DNA from: a virus
Taxonomy: Duplodnaviria; Caudoviricetes
DNA: 64,000 nt
Virus record (IMG/VR): IMGVR_UViG_3300033066_001190
Location: 1-64,000 of that record
Reading direction: 5' to 3' (one strand)
Below, one piece after another: positions 56,646 through 64,000 of this stretch; the first letter of the stretch is position 1; every line of letters starts with the position of its first letter. The position numbers and the translations under genes are program-made. A model generated the notes under the pieces. That model saw only the letters and a list, made by a program, of their open reading frames with translations. It did not search any database and had not been told where the DNA came from.

Positions 56646-59600
56646 GATTATGGATATTAAAATAAATGCAGCAAAATTAGGGATGCAGTTATCAAAGCAT
56701 CCTTCTGAGTTATCTCCACAAGAGTATTCTTTAATGCTCAATGGAAATATTCAGTCTTTAGATGGTTCATTGTTAAAAATAACAAATGAGCCGTCTAACT
56801 TGTTATGCTCTAGATTTAAACCAAATTTTAAAGTTATTGGTACAGCTCCTATAAACGCTCAAAAGAAAGTGATATTCTTTCTTGTTAATCCCTTAACAGG
56901 TGAATCAGAAATAGGGGAAATAAAGAATGTTTCTTTTACAGATGTTCCAGATAGTGAAGTAAGTTGTTCAGATTGCAACACCCCTGTAATTGAAGATGTT
57001 CCATTAGAACAAACAACACAATCAGAATTATGTACTTACACTACACTAATTAACGCAGATTGTTTAAACTTTAGTTTAGACTATCCTGTAACAGCTACAT
57101 ATCAAATTACACCTTTAGGTTTAATTTTATTCTTTGCGAGTAAAAATAATCCTCTAAGATATTTAGAGCTTTATGATATTCCCTACACTATATCTAGATA
57201 TAACGAAGCTAATTGCAACCTTCCTATTTATACAACTAACCTTGATTGTAATAAAATAAAAATTGTTCCCGATTACTCCATTCCTTGTATTAATACAATA
57301 GATGTAGTTTCGGGAGGATCACTCACTGCTGGTGTTGTTCAATTCACTGGAGTATATGCCGAAAATGTAAAGTTTGAACAAAGTACACAAATTGTACCTA
57401 TCACTGATTATTTTCCTGTAAATAATCCAACTCCCATATTTGAAAAATCAGAAACTGTAAATACTAATTACACCACTGGTAAGGCTGTAAAAATAGAAAT
57501 AACAAACCTAGATACAGATTTTAATTATATCAATCTAGTTGTAATACACACCATTGATAATATTGTAAAACCTTACCTAATAGGTACATTCCCTATTAAT
57601 TCAAACACATTTACATACACTTATACAGGTAATAACAGAGAAGTAGAAATACCTGTAACTCTAGAAGAAATTACAAGAAGGAGACCTGTTTATGTGAGTG
57701 CAAGGGGTGTAACAGAAGCCAATAGTCACTTGTTTTGGTATGATTTAGAAGAACAACGACCTATTAATTTACAACCTGTAATAAATTTACTTTCTTTGAA
57801 ATGGGCTACTATTTCAGCAAGTGAAGATTTCTATAAAAATCCTATTTCAAACAATTACGTAAGTTTTGAAAGAGATGAGGTTGTTCCATTTGGTATAGAA
57901 TTCTTTTTTAAAAATGGGTTTTCAACCCCTGTTTTTCCATTAGTAAATAGGGAAGCTACTCCAAAAGATAGGGAAATTATTCTTCCTTCTGACCCCAACT
58001 ACATTGTTGATGATACAGCTTGTGGTACAACTCAAAGAACAGAGAGATGGCAGTTTTATAATACAGCAAGTGAAATAGGAGATTTACCATGTAGAATTAT
58101 ACCAACTGTTGGTAATGGTAAACCTTCCATGTTAAGTGATGGAGGATGCACAATTAATCCATATAAATATGGAGAATTTGCTTATTGGGAATCTGAAGCA
58201 AGATACCCTAATAATCCCGCTATTTGGGGAGATTTATGTGGACAACCTATTCGACACTTTAAATTTCCAGATAATTGTGTTTCTCCAATAACAAATAATA
58301 TTTCAACCTCTGCTCCTTTTGGAGCTAAAAGTACAATATATCCAATAGGAGTGACAGTTGATGTCGAAGAAATAAAAGCATTATTAAATCAAGCTGTAAC
58401 ACTTAACCTTATTACAGAACAAGATAAATTACAAATTGCAGGATATAGAATAAAAAGAGGTGACAGAACAGGTAGTAAATCCATTGTAGCTAAGGGTATT
58501 TTAACCAATATGGGTGTTACAACTACTTATAAAGTAGATGGTTCTGGAAATCTATTACCAACAAGTATTGAGGAATATTATCCTAATTACGGATTTAATG
58601 ATTTAAGACACGATGATCCTTATCTATCTATTGATTCTGTTAATTATCCTAATTATACAGGTAGTAAAAAGTTTACTTTCCATTCTCCTGAAACCAGCTA
58701 TGCAACTCCTCTGTTACCAACAGAAATTAAGCAGGAGTTAATAATTGGGGGTAAATGTCAAGGTAGTTTCACAGAAGTAGAAAGACATGCTAAATATGTT
58801 ATTCTTTCTGATGGTGCATACATCCTTGCTGATACGTTGGGTATTTTTGAAGCAGCTACTGATGCAGTGATTGCTGTAATGGGAACTGATTCAGCATCAG
58901 TTGGAATAAATTTAGCAATTGCTACAGTTATTAACACTATTACAAGCGCAATTAATTATTCCAATGATTGGTTACGTATTTTAAAAAGTCTTGGTAATCC
59001 TTACAATCCTGCTATATTTTATACTTCTGTAGGTAAGTATGTTAGTAGATGTTGTCCTGATGAAAATCAGAAATTTCAACAAAAAATAAAAAACACATTT
59101 TACTTACAACCTGGAAATCAGGTTATTTCCGAATTTGGTACAAGATTTCAAATAAATAACTTTAAAAGAGAAAGCTCTGTATATTTATCCCTGAATGATA
59201 ATTTTGGTTCTAACAATTCTTGTAACTTGCCAGAAGATAATTCAAAAGAGTTGTTTAGTGAAGGAGCTTTAGCAAATACGTTAAATGTATTAAGACCTGA
59301 AAGAAACATTAAAACATCTTACGTTTCTTTAAAGAATTATGTTCCTGATCAATATGGAACAATAGATCAAATATCGTGGATAGATACAGGATTTTGTGGA
59401 GAAATTGATTGGAGTACAGAAGCTCCTTCTGGATGCAAAGATTTAATTTTTGGAGGTGACACATATTTAACACCTTTTAGTTTTAAAAAGAAATTACCAT
59501 TCTTTGTTCAAGACAGGGTTAATGCAAACACTAATGATGATGTTCAATATAGATATTTATCTAACGTTGGCAAAACTGAATACTATTATAACACTTTAGA

Positions 59601-61311
59601 CCAACCTTATTATAACACCCCCACAATAGCAACCCAATTAGTTAATATGTTTGATCCTCCAGATACAAATTTGGAAGATGATAACAATACTACGGCTATT
59701 TATCATAAAGGAAAATTAACTTTATTTTATTACTCTGTTCCTATATTTATTGTAGAATCCAGCTATAATAATCATTTCAGACATGCTGAAAATCTGTTAG
59801 AAAAGAATTTCTATCCTAACATTTTAGATCTTCCTTATTGGATGCAGGAATTCAGAGTACCTATCAGTTACGATAATTACTATTTCTACAACACCACGTA
59901 TTCTAAAGAAAACAAAGAAAATCCGTTTTATGTCTTTAAAGACAACTTTAATCAAAGTGATGAAGACAAAAGAAGAAATCATTTTAATAGGATTATATAT
60001 TCTGCTCAAAACGATTGGTTATCTTACTCAGCTTTAGACAGTTTTGATTTTAGTTTAAATGATGGTAAGTTAATAGGCATTAAAGGAATTGAGCAAAATG
60101 CTGTTTTAGTAACACAAGAAAATGCTACTAAAATATTTAATGCTTATGTTACTATTCAAGCCAATGGGTTTGAAGCACAATTATCTACAGGTCAAATGTT
60201 TGCTGCTAAACCCAGAGAGCATTTTAAAACAGATTTAGGATTTGGTGGTTCAAACCATCAACAGATTCTTTCTACAGAGTATGGTCATTTCTTTGTGGAT
60301 TCTCAAAACCCAGCTATTTTAAAAAAGAATACAGAGGGATTGAGGGATGTCACAAGAGATGAAGAAAATAAAAAGGTAAAGCAATGGTTTCAAAATAACC
60401 TACCTTTTAAAATATTAAATGATTTCCCCAATGTAAATGTAGATAACACCTACAAAGACTTTGGTATTTGCTTGGGATGGGATAACAAGTTTAAAAGAGT
60501 TTTCATTACCAAAAAAGATTATGAGTTAAAGAAATCTTATAAATCTTTAGTGGATTATAGAAATAATAAATTCTATTTAGAAGATTTAGAGATATTTCCA
60601 ACAGATGAAACATATTTTATAAACAGGTGTTGGACAATAGCTTATGATGCAAAAATGGATCAGTTTATTAGTTTTTATAGCTTTAAACCCAACTATTATG
60701 TTTCAAATGAAGACTATTTTTCCACTGGTGAAAATAATGCTTTATGGAATCATTTGCTCACTGAAAAATCGTATCAAGTATTTGGTGAAAAGTTGTACCC
60801 ATTCTTGATAGAATTTGCTACACAAAATAAGTTTAACAATAATGTATTACAAGCTGTAAAGTTTAAAACTGATTTTAGAAGATTTCAGGGTGAAAATAAT
60901 TGGTCATTAATAAACAATAAAACGTTTACAGATGCAATAATCTATAACCCTAATCAATCTACAGGAGATTTAAAACTTGTGGTTGCTCAAAAAAATAACA
61001 ACTATCAGTTTTTACAATATCCTAAAATAACGGGATATCATAAAGAAATTCTTGTAGATAATGTAGAAAACTTCTGGAACTTCAATCAATTCAATGATAT
61101 AGCTTTAAGAAATGGTCAACCTATCACTGTTTATAAAAACACACCAGATGTACCATATACAAATGATTTAGCTATTTCCTATAAACCTCAATTCTATACA
61201 AATCCTTTGAGGAATGATTATTTCCAAATAAGATTAGGTAATTCTTTATATTCTAATTACAACATATTATTTCACTTGACATTAACACAACAAGAAAATT
61301 CAATATCGTGA
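56629..61311 (+). CDS. Tail stabilization (muzzle) protein (probable start at the second Met, MDIKIN)
   Basis: 1560 aa; FERDEV..FGI, F.YWES...YP, IRHFKFPD, FTFHSPE, IFGGDTY, WTIAY...SFYSF.P. Confidence 0.85.
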   Translation: MDITIKIMDIKINAAKLGMQLSKHPSELSPQEYSLMLNGNIQSLDGSLLKITNEPSNLLCSRFKPNFKVIGTAPINAQKKVIFFLVNPLTGESEIGEIKNVSFTDVPDSEVSCSDCNTPVIEDVPLEQTTQSELCTYTTLINADCLNFSLDYPVTATYQITPLGLILFFASKNNPLRYLELYDIPYTISRYNEANCNLPIYTTNLDCNKIKIVPDYSIPCINTIDVVSGGSLTAGVVQFTGVYAENVKFEQSTQIVPITDYFPVNNPTPIFEKSETVNTNYTTGKAVKIEITNLDTDFNYINLVVIHTIDNIVKPYLIGTFPINSNTFTYTYTGNNREVEIPVTLEEITRRRPVYVSARGVTEANSHLFWYDLEEQRPINLQPVINLLSLKWATISASEDFYKNPISNNYVSFERDEVVPFGIEFFFKNGFSTPVFPLVNREATPKDREIILPSDPNYIVDDTACGTTQRTERWQFYNTASEIGDLPCRIIPTVGNGKPSMLSDGGCTINPYKYGEFAYWESEARYPNNPAIWGDLCGQPIRHFKFPDNCVSPITNNISTSAPFGAKSTIYPIGVTVDVEEIKALLNQAVTLNLITEQDKLQIAGYRIKRGDRTGSKSIVAKGILTNMGVTTTYKVDGSGNLLPTSIEEYYPNYGFNDLRHDDPYLSIDSVNYPNYTGSKKFTFHSPETSYATPLLPTEIKQELIIGGKCQGSFTEVERHAKYVILSDGAYILADTLGIFEAATDAVIAVMGTDSASVGINLAIATVINTITSAINYSNDWLRILKSLGNPYNPAIFYTSVGKYVSRCCPDENQKFQQKIKNTFYLQPGNQVISEFGTRFQINNFKRESSVYLSLNDNFGSNNSCNLPEDNSKELFSEGALANTLNVLRPERNIKTSYVSLKNYVPDQYGTIDQISWIDTGFCGEIDWSTEAPSGCKDLIFGGDTYLTPFSFKKKLPFFVQDRVNANTNDDVQYRYLSNVGKTEYYYNTLDQPYYNTPTIATQLVNMFDPPDTNLEDDNNTTAIYHKGKLTLFYYSVPIFIVESSYNNHFRHAENLLEKNFYPNILDLPYWMQEFRVPISYDNYYFYNTTYSKENKENPFYVFKDNFNQSDEDKRRNHFNRIIYSAQNDWLSYSALDSFDFSLNDGKLIGIKGIEQNAVLVTQENATKIFNAYVTIQANGFEAQLSTGQMFAAKPREHFKTDLGFGGSNHQQILSTEYGHFFVDSQNPAILKKNTEGLRDVTRDEENKKVKQWFQNNLPFKILNDFPNVNVDNTYKDFGICLGWDNKFKRVFITKKDYELKKSYKSLVDYRNNKFYLEDLEIFPTDETYFINRCWTIAYDAKMDQFISFYSFKPNYYVSNEDYFSTGENNALWNHLLTEKSYQVFGEKLYPFLIEFATQNKFNNNVLQAVKFKTDFRRFQGENNWSLINNKTFTDAIIYNPNQSTGDLKLVVAQKNNNYQFLQYPKITGYHKEILVDNVENFWNFNQFNDIALRNGQPITVYKNTPDVPYTNDLAISYKPQFYTNPLRNDYFQIRLGNSLYSNYNILFHLTLTQQENSIS

Positions 61312-61736
61312 ATCCAGCATTTAAACTAAAAGAATCAAAAAAGGAAGAGAAGCAAGAATCTCTTCCAACAGAAGTAGCAGAATTAGCTGAATGTTTTATG
61401 AATGCTGCTAAATCTTTACATAAACTACATTTAAAAATTACAGGACAAGGTAGTTATGCTGCTCATGTAGCTTTATCAGGCTATGATAAATTTCATGATT
61501 TTGCGGATGACCTCTGTGAAGAGTATCAAAGCATTTCAGAAAATATTTTGAATATTCCTGAAAAGAATTCGGATATCCTAAATTCTGTTGAAGAAGGTAT
61601 AATATTTTTATCGTCTTTAAAATTAAAAATAGATAATTTACAAAAAATAACACCTTATTCAGAAATAAACAACTTATTAGACGAAGTAAAATCTGAAATT
61701 AATAAGATTAAGTATAAACTTTTATTTTTAAAATGA
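61308..61736 (+). CDS. Ferritin/Dps-like four-helix protein (DUF5856-like)
   Basis: HKLHL...SYAAHVAL...YD...D.L.EEYQ...NLLDE...KYKL. Confidence 0.75.
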   Translation: MNPAFKLKESKKEEKQESLPTEVAELAECFMNAAKSLHKLHLKITGQGSYAAHVALSGYDKFHDFADDLCEEYQSISENILNIPEKNSDILNSVEEGIIFLSSLKLKIDNLQKITPYSEINNLLDEVKSEINKIKYKLLFLK

Positions 61737-61739
61737 TAT

Positions 61740-62606
61740 TTGATGAATTCCTATGTTTATATTTTTTTAGACCCCAGAAAGGAAGGCATTTGGTATTATA
61801 AAAATATTGTATTTTTTTATCAGCCTTTTTATGTCGGAGAGGGTATAAATAATAGAATTAAATGCCATTTTACTCCAAAAGCTCTTTCTAAAAACTGTTT
61901 AAAATCAAATATAATTAACAAAATATTAGAAGAAGGATTAGAACCAATAAAAAAAATTCTTTTTAGTGGTATTTCAAAAAATGAGGCACTTGAAATAGAA
62001 AGTGATATCATAAAAACATTTGGAACTCGTTATCATAAAACAGGTATCTTATCAAATGTTTTTAAATTTGGGAATAAATTTACAAAAGAGATGTATATTT
62101 CCGAATATAAAGCAGATAATAAAGCAGCTATTAAAAAAGCAGCCGAAATTAAAAAAGGTAGAACAAATATAGAATTGTATGGAGAGAAAATGGCTGCAAT
62201 TATAGGAAATAAAATTTCAAAAGTGTTATCTGAGAAATATAAAAATAAAGAGATTATCGGATATTGGCAAGGAAAAGAGATGGCTAAAGAACACAAAGAT
62301 AAACTTTCAAAAGCATTACAAGGTAATAAGAGAAGATTAGGAAAATTACATTCTGTAAAAGACAGAGAAAAAATGTCTCAAAAAATATCCGAAACTAAAG
62401 GAACTCCCGTAAAAGTAATAAAAAACAATGGTCAAATTGAATATTATTGTTCTGTTAATAAAGCAGCAAAGACTTATCTTGTAAGTGCGCAAATGTTAGA
62501 TGAAGCTTTCAAAAATAAAAAATTTTGCAATAGTAAAAAAGCAAATTGCAGATTTGAAATAATTACTAAAGAAGAATATAACCAACAATTAAAAAAGTGT
62601 CTTTAA
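61740..62606 (+). CDS. GIY-YIG-superfamily (LEM-3-like) homing endonuclease with NUMOD3 repeats
   Basis: YVYIFLDPRK...PFYVGEG..NRI..H...ALEIE..II..FG...G.LSN; HS..R.KMS repeats. Confidence 0.85.
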   Translation: MMNSYVYIFLDPRKEGIWYYKNIVFFYQPFYVGEGINNRIKCHFTPKALSKNCLKSNIINKILEEGLEPIKKILFSGISKNEALEIESDIIKTFGTRYHKTGILSNVFKFGNKFTKEMYISEYKADNKAAIKKAAEIKKGRTNIELYGEKMAAIIGNKISKVLSEKYKNKEIIGYWQGKEMAKEHKDKLSKALQGNKRRLGKLHSVKDREKMSQKISETKGTPVKVIKNNGQIEYYCSVNKAAKTYLVSAQMLDEAFKNKKFCNSKKANCRFEIITKEEYNQQLKKCL

Positions 62607-62830
62607 TGGAAGTTTCTATAACATTAAAGGGAGATGTTTTAAAAATCTACATAGATAACACTCTTCATTTATTAATAAAAGAGCCTATTATAGGTTTCCA
62701 AAGTTGGAACAGAGAGAACAGATGGTGGGAAATTGAATATTACCTACCCTCTAAAACCATTTTGACACAATATGACAATGTAGATAAGTGGAAAACTATT
62801 GTAAATGCACTTGATAATGTTTTTAAATAA
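62597..62830 (+). CDS. Small hypothetical protein
   Basis: Coupled ORF. Confidence 0.55.
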   Translation: MSLMEVSITLKGDVLKIYIDNTLHLLIKEPIIGFQSWNRENRWWEIEYYLPSKTILTQYDNVDKWKTIVNALDNVFK

Positions 62831-64000
62831 TGAAGAAAAAACTAAAAATCAAACCTAAAACTAAGTCTTCTGAATGGGAAATTCTTTCAGATGATTTACC
62901 TATGTACCCAAATGGAGGAGTAGCACCTATTGTTGTAAATGATCCAAATGATCCTAGGCTTAGAGCTTATAACGATAGTTTGAATTTATATAATTATTCT
63001 CAATCTCAACATAAATTAGAACCAATAAAAGATAAAAGCCTAAGTGATGTAATATTTAGCGGAGTGATAAAAGGTGCATCAATAATAGGTGGAGGGTTAG
63101 ATGCAATAGGAAGAGGATTAAACTCAATGGGGATAGGTAAAGATCTAAACACCCCTGAATTAGTTACTAAAAGAGCAAAGAAGCTTTCACAATTTACAAA
63201 ATTAGGTCTTAAAAATGAGTTAACAGATGAAGCAGCAATAAAAATATATGGTGACAACAAACCTTTGGTTAACGGAAGAGATAAATTTACAAATAATTTT
63301 AGAGATATACAAAAAAGAAGAGAGGAAACATTAAAAGAAAGTTGGAAAGAAAAAGATATACAAAATATGTATAAAAGCTTTGATGATTTTAAAAATAAGC
63401 AAACGAGACTGTGGGCTGAAGGGGATAAAGCAATTTTAAATAGTGATCAAATATTTTGGAATGATCCTACTTCATTAAGTTCAGATTTAGTGCATGGTCA
63501 TATTAATGCTTCATCAGATTGGGAAGGAATGGCTCAAAATGATAATTACCCAAAGCCAGTTCAGCCAGTAGTATTGCAACATAATTTACAGCAAGTAACT
63601 AAAAATCCAAATCCTTCTAGAGCCATTGCTTCAGGAACTAAAATTTATAAATCTCTAAAACCATTAAATAAAACTATAATTAAAGCACCTGAACCTCAAA
63701 AAGTAGAAATCCCTCAAATTGTAAATAATCAATCAACTTCTGTAAAAAGTCTTTTAGAAGATTACCCTGATAGCATGTATTATACAACTACTAGAAGTCC
63801 TGATGAAAAAGGTGGGGGACAGTTTGATAAAACAGGCAGAAGATATGGTTTAGTAGATGTATATGATAAAAAAAGAAAAACCAAAATAAAAACTATAGAC
63901 CCTGTTTTAAATAAAGTTGTAGAAATGAAATCAGGCGGAGTTATAAAATATAATGAATGGGAAATATTACCTGAAGCAGCAGATGGCTACCAATGGAGTA
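62830..64000 (+). CDS. Putative internal virion (cargo) protein, 3'-truncated by the window
   Basis: MKKKLKIKPK...EWEIL..MYPNGG...MKSGG...EWEIL; frame appears open to the window end. Confidence 0.6.
   Translation, partial: MKKKLKIKPKTKSSEWEILSDDLPMYPNGGVAPIVVNDPNDPRLRAYNDSLNLYNYSQSQHKLEPIKDKSLSDVIFSGVIKGASIIGGGLDAIGRGLNSMGIGKDLNTPELVTKRAKKLSQFTKLGLKNELTDEAAIKIYGDNKPLVNGRDKFTNNFRDIQKRREETLKESWKEKDIQNMYKSFDDFKNKQTRLWAEGDKAILNSDQIFWNDPTSLSSDLVHGHINASSDWEGMAQNDNYPKPVQPVVLQHNLQQVTKNPNPSRAIASGTKIYKSLKPLNKTIIKAPEPQKVEIPQIVNNQSTSVKSLLEDYPDSMYYTTTRSPDEKGGGQFDKTGRRYGLVDVYDKKRKTKIKTIDPVLNKVVEMKSGGVIKYNEWEILPEAADGYQWS

Noticed and set aside
2025-63260. Numerous short opposite-strand or nested ORFs in the track (e.g. 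2025+, 5306+, 13183+, 18610+, 22084+, 26081-, 35040-, 39035-, 63006-)
   Set aside because: They are shadow ORFs of real genes or overlap structured non-coding segments, with F/L/S/I-rich antisense composition and no motifs.
22850-64000. Genome-wide stop-codon reassignment (code 15 or code 4)
   Set aside because: All long late genes are intact under code 11, and TGA forms many ATGA stop/start overlaps. Only two isolated internal stops were found, and they are different codons.
1-64000. Integrase/att sites, rRNA, cas genes, reverse transcriptase or retron
   Set aside because: No corresponding motifs were recognised in any translated frame.

Overview
AT-rich 64-kb fragment of a lytic Bacteroidota phage with Crassvirales-like (crAss-like) organisation. 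Bases 1-22.4 kb hold about 50 short, mostly uncharacterised minus-strand 'early' genes. These include HTH proteins, a lipoprotein, a membrane-anchored GH73-like glucosaminidase and free-standing homing endonucleases, interleaved with several strongly structured non-coding segments and a 147-nt tRNA-like RNA with no canonical anticodon arm. The strand switch at about 20.8-22.8 kb carries a RepL-like gene, a perfect DnaA box, iteron-like repeats and a repeated GC-rich motif (candidate origin and early promoters). Bases 22.8-64 kb are the plus-strand late module: PhoH, TerL with a 400-aa LAGLIDADG intein, portal, putative scaffold, major capsid protein, Cys-rich virion and fibre proteins, a holin/amidase/spanin-like lysis cassette, a tail fibre, a metallophosphoesterase, ring/IHF-like/tail-tube/muzzle proteins, a ferritin-like protein and the start of a probable cargo protein. 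Top leads: (i) a set of structured ncRNA candidates in the early operon, two of them bracketed by duplicated palindromes; (ii) the tRNA-like RNA with a hypertrophied variable arm; (iii) a promoter- and terminator-bounded kissing-loop RNA convergent on the lysis cassette; (iv) an RHH + GIY-YIG cassette with its own promoter; (v) two otherwise intact genes each broken by one in-frame stop. All protein calls come from motif recognition and synteny by eye, and all RNA helices were paired by eye; no database search or folding program was run.
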